The notes below the pieces were generated by a model. That model was given only the letters and a program-made list of their open reading frames with translations, ran no database searches and was not told the DNA's origin. A program made the translations under genes and the position numbers. 64,000 nt of DNA from Macrostomum hystrix. Taxonomy: Eukaryota; Animalia; Platyhelminthes. The stretch covers positions 1,736,001 through 1,800,000 of the forward strand of contig CATNEN010000031.1 of NCBI GenBank assembly GCA_950097015.1. Reading direction: 5' to 3'. Each line of letters starts with the position of its first letter. Positions within the stretch are counted from its first letter, which is position 1. Of this stretch, positions 13,701-24,600 are shown piece by piece.

Positions 13701-16700
13701 TTTCTCACAGATAATCAGAGCAGAGGTTGTAGAGGTCAAAGCGTCGGACTCACCACTTGAAGGTCGGGGGTTCGATTCCACTTGAACAAAGTGTGTCCTT
13801 TAGCAAGACACTTCACTATGCATTGCTTCAGTTCACCCAGCTGTTAAATTGGTAACAGCATTAGCTGGGGAAATTGGGGGTGGTTTTTCAATTTTTTCTC
13901 ACAGTCTTCCATCTTAAAACTGCACAGGCACGACCTACTGGGGCAACAGCCAGGCCGCTTTGAGCAAAGTCACCAATGGCCGGTATCCGCGCGCCATCAC
14001 GTTCGGCTTTGAGACGGCCGATCTCACAGATTTCGAGCGCAGCTATCTGATTTCTAAGAATCCGAGCACCTATTCGTCAGTGAATCCCTGGTTTAACGAG
14101 TACTACGAATTCTTGTTCCAGTGCAGCCTGTCGACCAGTTCACCTTTCTACAGTCGCACTTGCAGCTCTTCAACAATGTCGCTGACAGACGCCCCAACTT
14201 ATTCGCAGGCAAGTTTTTCACCACCGGGGGAATATTTTGGAGATACAGGAAAAAGAAAACTGTGGGTCTTGGGTCTGTTGAACAGTAGTTTACGGCGAGC
14301 TTGCAAGCTAAGAGGTCAGGGGTTCGAATCGTAGTACGGAGGGACAATTTGTGTCCTTGAGCAAGACACTTAACTGCCGGGGTGTTTGAGTGTTTGGTCT
14401 GGCGCTCCCCTTCCCCAGTCCATGGACTGAACAGCGGTACGCAGCCCCCGCAATAGCTGCGGCTGTGCTGTCGGCTGCACATCAATTTACAAATCCGTGA
14501 CTCCAAAAAATGGCACAGGACTCTCTAGCACTGTACGTGGTGAACGCAGTCTATTCGGCAGCTCTGGGCATTCACAATGCTCTGGTGAACATCTGCGGTC
14601 CGGTCTACAACGGCATCTGCAGTGATTTCTACGGTTCGGGCGAGAAGCGCCAGTGGGTTCTAAACGGCATCAAGTCGGCCGTGTTTGTCGACGCCACAAA
14701 CTCGAACTTCACAATGAACTCGGCTGGAGACAGCAACCGCGGCTATCACATCTACGACCTGCGCACCTCGAGATCCACGCCGTTTTATGCCAGCGTCGGC
14801 GCCTACAACGACATGGCGCTTCTGAAACTGCGCAGCGACTTTGGCCTGGCCTGGGCCAGCAACTGCAGCCTGCCCGGCACCTGCGAGGATGCCTGCCCCA
14901 ACCTGGGCCGAAACCTGTGCGTGCAGGAGGGTGCAGTGGACTGCTAGCCTAGTTCATTGATAACACTGGATTGCTAGCCTAGCCTATTGATAACACTGGA
15001 TTGCTAGCCTAGCCTATTGATAACACTGGATTGCTAGTCTAGCCTATTGATAACACTGGATTGCTAGCCTAGCCTATTGATAACACTGGATTGCTAGCCT
15101 AGTCTATTAATAACACTGGATTGCTAGCCTAGCCTATTGATAACAGTGGATTGCTAGCCTAGTCTATTAATAACACTGGATTGCTAGCCTAGCCTATTGA
15201 TAACACTGGATTGCTAGCCTAGTCTATTAATAACACTTGATTGCTAGCCTAGCCTATTGATAACACTGGATTGCTAGCCTAGTCTATTAATAACACTGGA
15301 TTGCTAGCCTAGCCTATTAATAACACTGGATTGCTAGCCTAGCCTATTGATAACACTGGATTGCTAGCCTAGCCTATTGATAACACTGGATTGCTAGCCT
15401 AGCCTATTGATAACACTGGATTGCTAGCCTAGCCTATTGATAACACTGGATTGCTAGCCTAGCCTATTAATAACACTGGATTGCTAGCCTAGCCTATTGA
15501 TAACACTGGATTGCTAGCCTAGCCTATTGATAACACTGGATTGCTAGCCTAGCCTATTGATAACACTGGATTGCTAGCCTAGCCTATTGATAACACTAGA
15601 TTGCTAGCCTAGCCTATTGATAACACTGGATTGCTAGCCTAGTCTATTAATAACACTGGATTGCTAGCCTAGCCTATTGATAACACTGGATTGCTAGCCT
15701 AGCCTATTAATAACACTGGATTGCTAGCCTAGCCTATTAATAACACTGGATTGCTAGCCTAGCCTATTGATAACACTGGATTGCTAGCCTAGCCTATTGA
15801 TAACACTGGATTGCTAGCCTAGCCTATTGATAACACTGGATTGCAAGCCTAGCCTATTGATAACACTGGATTGCTAGCCTAGCCTATTGATAACAGTAAA
15901 TTGCTAGTCTATCTCATTGATATTCCATTGTTTAACATCCCACCGTCACCCATACCGCCCAACGCAGGTCCGTCTACATGCAGGTGAACTCCAGCACAAT
16001 GGACTTAAACCTGGTCCAGTTCCTGTCGGTTCACGAAGGCCGATCGACCTCTCTTTGTGGCGCCATGGATCTGCAATCGGGCTTCAACAATCTCCTGGCC
16101 TTCCACTACGCCCTGGATCTCATCAACAACAACAGCGACGCCGCGGTGGCCGGCTTCAAATTCGGCGGCCTGAGCATCGACGTCTGTCGGTCGGAAGCTC
16201 GTGCAGCCACCTTCGCCTTCTCGTACACCTCGGGCACCGGCATCTGCAGCTACGCCGGCTTCTCCGACCTCGTCGGACCGCTGACAGCCGTGGCCTACTT
16301 GACCGAGGGTTCCGCGGTCAGCGCCCGTCTGGCCAGCATCGTGCCCGACGCCACGGTGGTGTCGCCTGATGCTACGGCGATTTCCTTGAGCAGTCGAGCA
16401 TTCTATCCAAGGTTTCTTCGAGTTGTACCGCCAGACAGTGTGCAGGTGAGATGCAGTAGCAATCCCCTGTGCTCCTTGATCAATGGGCTAGGCTAGCAAT
16501 CCCCTGTGCTCCTTGATCAATGGGCTAGGCTAGCAATCCACTGTGCTCCTTGATAGGCTAGCAATCCACTGTGCTCCTTGATCAATGGACTAGGCTAGCA
16601 ATCCACTGTGCTCCTTGATTAATGGGCTAGGCTAGCAATCCCCTGTGCTCCTTGATCAATGGGCTAGGCTAGCAATCCACTGTGCTCCTTGATCAATGGG

Positions 16701-19700
16701 CTAGGCTAGCAATCCACTGTGCTCCTTGATCAATGGGCTAGGCTAGCAATCCCCTGTGCTCCTTGATCAATGGGCTAGGCTAGCAATCCACTGTGCTCCT
16801 TGATCAATGGGCTAGGCTAGCAATCCACTGTGCTCCTTGATCAATGGGCTAGGCTAGCAATCCACTGTGCTCCTTGATCAATGGGCTAGGCTAGCAATCC
16901 ACTGTGCTCCTTGATCAATGGGCTAGGCTAGCAATCCACTGTGCTCCTTGATCAATGGGCTAGGCTAGCAATCCACTGTGCTCCTTGATCAATGGGCTAG
17001 GCTAGCAATCCACTGTGCTCCTTGATCAATGGGCTAGGCTAGCAATCCACTGTGCTCCTTGATCAATGGGCTAGGCTAGCAATCCACTGTGACCCTGGAT
17101 CAATGGGCTAGGCTAGCAATCCACTATGTTCCTGGATCACTGGACTAGGCTAGCAATCCACTGTGCTCCTTGATCAATGGGCTAGGCTAGCAATCCACTG
17201 TGCTCCTTGATCAATGGGCTAGGCTAGCAATCCACTGTGCTCCTTGATCAATGGGCTAGGCTAGCAATCCACTGTGCTCCTTGATCAATGGGCTAGGCTA
17301 GCAATCCACTGTGCTCCTTGATCAATGGGCTAGGCTAGCAATCCACTGTGCTCCTTGATCAATGGGCTAGGCTAGCAATCCACTGTGCTCCTTGATCAAT
17401 GGGCTAGGCTAGCAATCCACTGTGCTCCTTGATCAATGGGCTAGGCTAGCAATCCACTGTGCTCCTTGATCAATGGGCTAGGCTAGCAATCCACTGTGAC
17501 CCTGGATCAATGGGCTAGGCTAGCAATCCCCTGTGCTCCTTGGTCAATGGGCTAGGCTAGCAATCCCCTGTGCTCCTTGATCAATGGGCTAGGCTAGCAA
17601 TCCACTGTGCTCCTTGATCAATGGGCTAGGCTAGCAATCCACTGTGCTCCTTGATCAATGGGCTAGGCTAGCAATCCACTGTGCTCCTTGATCAATGGGC
17701 TAGGCTAGCAATCCACTGTGCTCCTTGATCAATGGGCTAGGCTAGCAATCCCCTGTGCTCCTTGATCAATGGGCTAGGCTAGCAATCCACTGTGCTCCTT
17801 GATCAATGGGCTAGGCTAGCAATCCACTGTGCTCCTTGATCAATGGGCTAGGCTAGCAATCCCCTGTGCTCCTTGATCAATGGGCTAGGCTAGCAATCCA
17901 CTGTGCTCCTTGATCAATGGGCTAGGCTAGCAATCCACTGTGCTCCTTGATCAATGGGCTAGGCTAGCAATCCACTGTGCTCCTTGATCAATGGGCTAGG
18001 CTAGCAATCCCCTGTGCTCCTTGATCAATGGGCTAGGCTAGCAATCCACTGTGCTCCTTGATCAATGGGCTAGGCTAGCAATCCACTGTGCTCCTTGATC
18101 AATGGGCTAGGCTAGCAATCCACTGTGCTCCTTGATCAATGGGCTAGGCTAGCAATCCACTGTGCTCCTTGATCAATGGGCTAGGCTAGCAATCCACTGT
18201 GCTCCTTGATCAATGGGCTAGGCTAGCAATCCACTGTGCTCCTTGATCAATGGGCTAGGCTAGCAATCCACTGTGACCCTGGATCAATGGGCTAGGCTAG
18301 CAATCCACTATGTTCCTGGATCACTGGACTAGGCTAGCAATCCACTGTGACCCTGGATCAATGGGCTAGGCTAGCAATCCACTATGTTCCTTCATCAAGG
18401 GGCTAGGTTAGCAATCCACTGTCTTCTCCATAAAGCAATCAATCTCAGCCCTTCAAACCTGCTCCATTAATTTGACCAGATTGACGCCCTGCTAGACGTG
18501 GCCGGCTACTACAACTGGTCGGTTGTGTCGCTGATCTACGATAGCACTCCGGCCGGACTGGCTGGCAAGGCTGCCTTCGAGGCGGCCATCGCTAGGCGCA
18601 ACGGCAGCCGGACGGTGTGTCTCAAGTACATCGGCACCGGCGGCTCTGGCTCCGCCATCAGTTCGGACGAAGCCAGAACAGCTTTGCAGTCAGCCAGCCG
18701 GCTGGCCTACGTCAACGCGCTGATTGCCTACCTGCCCGAGGACGGACTGCGCATCCTGCTGACTGCCGTGCGCGAACTCGGACTGCAGGGCCGCTTCGTG
18801 CTGCTGGGACTGGACGGCTGGGCGGACAAGATGTCCGTGGTGCAGGGCCTGGAGGCGGCTGCGCTCGGAGCGGTTACTCTGCGCCAGACCTACTTCACCA
18901 TCCCCGACCTGGACCGCTGGGTGTCCGAGATCGGACTGGCCCCAGCCAGAAGGAAGGGCATCCCGGTGGACTGGCTGGAGGTGAGTGTTAGACAAGGCGG
19001 AAGAGTGTTAGACAATGCGGAAGAGTGTTAGACAAGGCGACAGAGTGTTAGACAAGGCGAAGAGTGTTAGACAAGGCGGTATTAAAGTGTTAGACAAGGC
19101 GGTATTAAAGTGTTAGACAAGGCGAAGAGTGTTAGACAAGGCGAAGAGTGTTAGATAAGGCGAAGAGTGTTAGACAAGGCGAAGAGTGTTAGACAAGGCG
19201 GTAATAAAGTGTTAGACAAGGCGAAAGAGTGTTAGACAAGGCGGTAGAGTGTTATACAAGGCGAAGAGTGTTAGACAAGGCGGTATTAAAGTGTTAGACA
19301 AGGCGGCAGAGTGTTAGACAAGCTGCTGAATCTTAGACAAGTGAGATGCAGTAGCAAAGGCGAAGAGTGTTAGACAAGGCGGTATTAAAGTGTTAGACAA
19401 GGCGGTATTAAAGTGTTAGACACGGCGAAAGAGTGCTAGATAAGGCGAAAAAGTGTTAGACAAGGCGGCAGAGTGTTAGACAAGGCGGCAGAGTGTTAGA
19501 CAAGGCGAAAGAGTGTTACACAAGGCGGCAGAGTGTTAGACAAGGCGAAAGAGTGTTACACAAGGCGGCAGAGTGTTAGACAAGGCGAAAGAGTGTTACA
19601 CAAGACGGCAGAGTGTTAGACAAGCCTGCAGAGTGTTAGACAACAGTTGATGCCGCATAGCCAAACAACTCGAACCCAGGAATTCTGGCAGCACACGCTG

Positions 19701-22700
19701 AAATGCCGCCTCACTGGCAGTTCAGTGCAGCAGTCGCAGTACGCGACCATCTGCGACCCCAGTGGCAGCCTGCCAGCGGGCGCGCTGACCCAGAACGGTG
19801 GCACCTATTCCACCATCCTCTCTGCCTACATCGCCGCCAAGGGCATCGCCGACTTTCAGCGCGCCGAGTGCGGCACCATGGCAACGGATGTGTGCCTGTA
19901 CCGCATGTCCTCTGCTACCCGCCTAGCAACAATCTATCGTTACATTAGCAACGCCCAGTGGCGGGTGCTGCAGGGCCGGCTTGGCAACAATAGCCTGCTG
20001 TTCAGGTTCACAACAGACGGCTACGGCGACCGCGGCTACGATGTGCTGAACTTTGTGCGCATAGGGTCCGGCTTTGTCTACAAGCCTTTCGGCTACTGGA
20101 CCAACAGATTTGTGCCTCTGGCCGGCCAGAGGTGAGATTTGGCTTGATTTTGTCAAGACTGAGTTTTGAAACAGTTAAAAATGGTCTTAAATTTCTTCAA
20201 TATGATATCAATGATCCTTGATTTACCCAATCAGTCCCCAAAGATCCTCAATTTCCCCAATTAGTCACCAAGGATCCTCAATTTTCCCAATCGGTCACCA
20301 ATGATCCTCAATTTTCCCAATTGGTCACCAATGATCCTCAAATTTCCCCATTGGTCACCAATGATCCTCAAATTTCCCTATTGGTCACCAATGATCCTCG
20401 AATTTCCCCATTGGTCACCAATGATCCTCAATTTTCCCAATTGGTCACCAATGATCCTCAAATTTCCCCCTTGGTCACCAATGATCCTCAAATTTCCCAA
20501 TTGGTCACCAATGATCCTCAATTTGCCCGATTCATCAACAGTGATCCTTAATTTCCCTAGTCGGTTACAAATTTCTTATTGATTTTTTCAAAATCAAAAG
20601 ATTTCCAAAAGATTAGCTCCGAAATGTTTTTTTCACAACATATCGTCTGTCACTTAACCCAGCAGCCTGGCCACCTACGGGCCCGACGGCAGCTCGCTTA
20701 CCGCAATTCCTTGGTCTGCCTGTCCCGCGGGCGTTGACTGCGGCTGCCCCGGCGACTCCGGCGATCCTTTGGCACTGCTGCCGCGCCCGGACGTGTGGGA
20801 GCGAGCCATGACACCCTGGGGAGCGGTGCTACTAGCCCTGACCGCCCTGGGAGCCCTGGTCACACTGACTGCCATCGGGTTCCTGGCCTACGCATTCCCA
20901 CGCAAGCTGCAGGGCACAGCCGGCACCAACTACTTGGGCTTCGCCTGCCTGGTCGGCCTTCTCTGCGTGTTCGCCATCAACATCGCCTTCATCGCCCACG
21001 CCACCCCGGTGGTGTGCACCATCCGGCGCTTCGGCCTCTCCCTAGCCTATTGCGTCATCTTTGCTAGCCTCCTAGTGCGCAGCGTCGTCAACTGGACCGT
21101 CTACCGGGCGTCGGACAGGCCGGCCGAGGCACCGGCGTTCGCCGGGCTCAGCCATCCGGTCAGCCTGCTGGGCCTGGCAGTCTGCATCTGCCTGGTGTCG
21201 GCCATGCTTGGTGCGGAGTGGCTCATCCTGCAGAGGCCGGACGCCACGGACCTGGTGGCCTATGAGGGCGTGGCCTGGAGCCGCTGCAGTCCCACTAGTT
21301 TCTATGACGAAGGCCTGGCGCTGAGCTGCCTGTACCCGGCCGGCCTGTTGCTGGCCGCCCTTGTCTACTCGCTGCTCACCTGGGACGCTAATCTGGCCGA
21401 CTCGCGCCAGGTCGCCTTAGCGCTGCTGTTCTGCGCCGGAGCCCAACTCTGCTGGGGCTGCGTGTCCACCCTGACTGGCTTCAAATGGCGCGACCCGTCT
21501 GTGGTCATTGGCAACCTGGTCGCTGCAGGCGCTGTGCTGCTCTGTCTGTACATGCGAAAAATTGTCCAGGTGTGCCGGGCAACCCAGAGTGCAAATTCGT
21601 CAGCTGAGGAGCAGGACATCAAGACGAGGAACTACCCTACCAAGAGCATCAGCATGGGTGAGCCATTGGCTTAACATACTGTTAGTAGTGGGATGGTCAA
21701 ATTTCTGGGCTTTTGTTTTGGCCCAACACCTCGTCGTTTAACTGGGGTAAACTGGATTTTTTCTAAGGGGCTCAGGCTTGGCCCGACACCTTATCAGTTA
21801 ACTGGGTTTTTTTCTAAGGGGTTTAGGCTTGGCCTGACACCTTATCAGTTAACTGGTTTTTTTCTAAGGGGGTTTAGGCTTGGCCACACACCTTATCAGT
21901 TAACTGGTTTTTTTCTAAGGGGGTTTAGGCTTGGCCTCACACCTTATCAGTTAACTGGTTTTTTTCTAAGGGGGTTTAGGCTTGGCCACACACCTTATCA
22001 GTTAACTGGTTTTTTTCTAAGGGGGTTTAGGCTTGGCCTCACACCTTATCAGTTAACTGGTTTTTTTCTAAGGGGGTTTAGGCTTGGCCACAAACCTTAT
22101 CAGTTAACTGGGGTTTTTTCTAAGGGGGTTTAGGCTTGGCCACAAACCTTATCAGTTAACTGGCTTTTTTCTAAGGGGGTTTAGGCTTGGCCCGACACCT
22201 TATCAGTTAACTGTTTTTTTTCTAAGGGGGTTTAGGCTTGGCCACAAACCTTATCAGTTAACTGGGGTTTTTTCTAAGGGGGTTTAGGCTTGGCCACAAA
22301 CCTTATCAGTTAACTGGGGTTTTTTCTAAGGGGGTTTAGTCTTGGCCCGACACCTTATCAGTTAACTGGGGTTTTTTCTAAGGGGGTTTAGGCTTGGCCT
22401 CACACCTTATCAGTTAACTGGGGTTTTTTCTAAGGGGGTTTAGTCTTGGCCCGACACCTTATCAGTTAACTGGGGTTTTTTCTAAGGGGGTTTAGGCTTG
22501 GCCTCACACCTTATCAGTTAACTGGGGTTTTTTCTAAGGGGGTTTAGTCTTGGCCCGACACCTTATCAGTTAACTGGGGTTTTTTCTACGGGGGTTTAGA
22601 CTTGGCCCGACACCTTATCAGTTAACTGGTTTTTTTCTAAGGGGGTTTAGACTTGGCCCGACACCTTATCAGTTAACTGGGGTTTTTTCTACGGGGGTTT

Positions 22701-23009
22701 AGACTTGGCCCGACACCTTATCAGTTAACTGGGGTTTTTTCTAAGGGGGTTTAGGCTTGGCCACAAACCTTATCAGTTAACTGGGGTTTTTTCTAAGGGG
22801 GTTTAGGCTTGGCCTCACACCTTATCAGTTAGAGTGCAGACGATATTAAATGCCGAGACTAGAAGTAACTGTTGATTGACTTCTGTTCGCGGGTACTCTT
22901 ACGAGTGTAAAAAATACACTAGACAACCTACTGATAAATAGTATTTTTGTTGAAAGAAAAAGCATGAAACTTAAACTTTTTTGTTCCAGAAAACATCACT
23001 ACAAATTAG
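1750..23009 (+). CDS. Giant class C (glutamate-family) GPCR, ~2,820 aa: signal peptide, five tandem Venus flytrap/ANF-receptor domains, 7TM
   Basis: Exons: 1750-1978, 2348-2464, 3050-3336, 3963-4726, 5212(or 5230)-5415, 5857-8036, 8535-8996, 9668-10006, 11879-12207, 12550-12810, 13473-13641, 13928-14208 (GC donor), 14519-14916 (donor uncertain), 15968-16445, 18480-18980, 19680-20131, 20663(or 20666)-21657, 22990-23009 (last exon tentative). Phases chain to one 8,466-nt ORF. Hydrophobic N-terminus. Repeated mGluR/CaSR-type motifs (GVIGP…LVSYSA…LSDRSAFPNFFRTIPSD; VISYAAT…LSNKQLYPYFSRTVPSDD; FYPRFLRVVPPD; NPWFxEY/F; YNW). 7TM with CTIRRFGLSLAYCVIFASLLVR and WRDP motifs. Confidence 0.88.
2655..2870 (+). 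mobile_element. SINE family A copy (partial), GPCR intron 2
   Basis: Shares gctcgattccgcggcgaggccacatt…ccaaggcacagtgagagtgcacactgcc…ctagtgtca with the other family A copies. Confidence 0.75.
3623..3947 (+). mobile_element. SINE family A, apparently full length (tRNA-like head, (TTA)n tail), intron 3
   Basis: A-box-like gctgagtggcagagc, B-box-like gagctcgattcc, TTA-repeat tail 3932-3947; dispersed copies elsewhere in the window. Confidence 0.8.
4815..4995 (-). mobile_element. SINE family B (CORE-like) copy, intron 4
   Basis: Reverse complement of gtgtcctttagcaagacacttaactctg…cccagctgttaaa with a tRNA-like head. Confidence 0.7.
5449..5783 (+). mobile_element. SINE family A copy, intron 5
   Basis: Same head, body and ATT-repeat tail as the 3623-3947 copy. 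Confidence 0.8.
5857..8036 (+). CDS. GPCR exon 6 (2,180 nt): complete VFT2 and first half of VFT3
   Basis: Within ORF 5864-8125; caacag acceptor 5855-56, G|gtaag donor 8037. GDVYLLGVFSVH and GDLLIGVLVNVR module starts. Confidence 0.9.
9115..9410 (+). mobile_element. SINE family A copy (5'-truncated), intron 7
   Basis: Homologous body sequence. Confidence 0.75.
9411..9575 (-). mobile_element. SINE family A 5' half, inverted, abutting the previous copy
   Basis: Reverse complement of head and first half of body (ccgcggaatcgagctcaggg…gcgttagaccgctctgccactca). Confidence 0.75.
10031..11878. repeat. Intronic minisatellite, 16-bp unit cattccctgaactgca, fills GPCR intron 8
   Basis: Directly visible; ~1.85 kb with recurring variant blocks. 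Confidence 0.95.
12228..12525 (+). mobile_element. SINE family B (CORE-like), intron 9
   Basis: tRNA-like head, then tgtgtcctttagcaagacacttaactctgcattgcttcagttcacccagctgttaaatgggtacc, then AT-rich tail. Confidence 0.75.
12994..13358. repeat. Intronic minisatellite, 17-bp unit cacccaccaccccacag (intron 10)
   Basis: Directly visible. Confidence 0.95.
13715..13875 (+). mobile_element. SINE family B copy (3'-truncated), intron 11
   Basis: ggttcgattcc B box plus CORE-like segment. Confidence 0.7.
14285..14485 (+). mobile_element. SINE family B copy, intron 12
   Basis: ggttcgaatc B box, gtgtccttgagcaagacacttaac, and shared 3' ccagtccatggactgaacagc segment. Confidence 0.7.
14942..15910. repeat. 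Intronic minisatellite, 30-bp unit ttgctagcctagcctattgataacactgga (intron 13)
   Basis: Directly visible; ~32 units. Confidence 0.95.
16456..18422. repeat. Intronic minisatellite, 37-bp unit tccactgtgctccttgatcaatgggctaggctagcaa (intron 14)
   Basis: Directly visible; ~53 units; homologous to the reverse complement of the intron 13 unit. Confidence 0.95.
18983..19640. repeat. Intronic minisatellite, 19-21-bp unit agagtgttagacaaggcgg (intron 15)
   Basis: Directly visible; starts inside the splice donor. Confidence 0.95.
20205..20560. repeat. Intronic minisatellite, 30-bp unit aatgatcctcaattttcccaattggtcacc (intron 16)
   Basis: Directly visible. Confidence 0.9.
20663..21657 (+). CDS. GPCR exon 17: final Cys linker and class C seven-transmembrane domain
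   Basis: Seven hydrophobic segments in ORF 20769-21674; class C TM3 and TM7 motifs; G|gtgagc donor at 21658. Confidence 0.9.
21715..22830. repeat. Minisatellite, ~51-bp unit (ggtttaggcttggccacacaccttatcagttaactggttttttttctaaggg), intron 17
   Basis: Directly visible; period 51 measured at 21961/22012. Confidence 0.95.
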
Positions 23010-23471
23010 ACTGGAGCGCTGATAGACATTAATCAACAAATATTATTGTGTACACGAAAATTGAATCGTAAAGACTGAACTTTGCATCTCTATGCATGGC
23101 AACGAAAATGTTTTTGAATGTTTAAAATAGAGCATTATATAAGATGCCTGCGATACATAGCATAAATTGTTATTTACTATGGTTGAAATATTTTGATGTC
23201 TCTAAAAATTATCGATATAAAATTTAAGCACCTTTGTTAGTACTCATTTTAGCTAAATTTTGTTGACGAGCCAAAAACTTAATTCTAGGATATTTTTATG
23301 AAGTTAATAAACGTTAATAAACGAAGTCCTGGAACTGCAGGACCATTTTGTACTTTTTTATTTTGAAACACTTATAGTAACTGCTTTTTGAGTTAATTTA
23401 TTTGGCAACTCATTCATAGAATAGAGACGGACAGACAGACAGAAGAAATTACAGATTCGGCTAGAATCTAT

Positions 23472-23950
<479 letters not shown>

Positions 23951-24324
23951 CGGTCAATGGTCATTGTCGAGACACAGCCGAGTAAAGAAGTATTGTCGAC
24001 CTGTTGCCTAGCTCAAAAAACAAAATCAATCACGCACAGGAAGCATCCATCTAGATAGACTTGCGCCAGCTAATCAGATAATGCTATTTCGGCGCCTTCA
24101 CTCTCGAGCACAGATGCTCATAGCGGCTCTGGCTGCTCATTATGTAATTTAGCAGGATGATTGCATTACCGAGAACTCCGCGTCTGGACCATTTTGGAAT
24201 GTGGCTTTCAGGATAGATCGACTTCCTTGCTTCGCTGATAATGAAATTTGCAATTTAGCGAACGTGTTTGAGAATAATTAGCTTGATATTAGTGTGAGCA
24301 CAATGACTTAGATTATACTCGTGC

Positions 24325-24600
24325 GCGTAGCCTAGTGGTCAAGAGCTAACGACTTGTAGGTTGGGGGCTCGATTCCCGACTCCACTGGAACAGTTTGTGT
24401 CCTTTAGCAAGACACTTCTATTTGCATTGATTCTGTTCACGCAACTGTTAAATGGGTACCAGCATCAGCTGGGGTAATTGAGGGTGGGTGTGGCGTCCCC
24501 CAGTCCATGGACTGAAAAGCCGTACGCAGCCTTCAGATGCGCCGCGCAATAGCTGCGGCTGCACATTTTGGCCAATTGGGGCAGGTGAGATAAATTATTA
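24325..24600 (+). mobile_element. SINE family B (CORE-like), intergenic copy
   Basis: tagcctagtggtc A-box-like, gctcgattcc B-box-like, CORE-like segment and shared 3' part. Confidence 0.75.

Noticed and set aside
10031-22830. Regular 16-51-bp repeats as CRISPR arrays
   Set aside because: Units are contiguous with no unique spacers, lie in spliceosomal introns, and there are no cas genes.
22840-22862. Alternative last GPCR exon (…DDIKCRD*)
   Set aside because: In phase, but the acceptor lacks a pyrimidine tract; 22990-23009 is preferred. Neither is proven.
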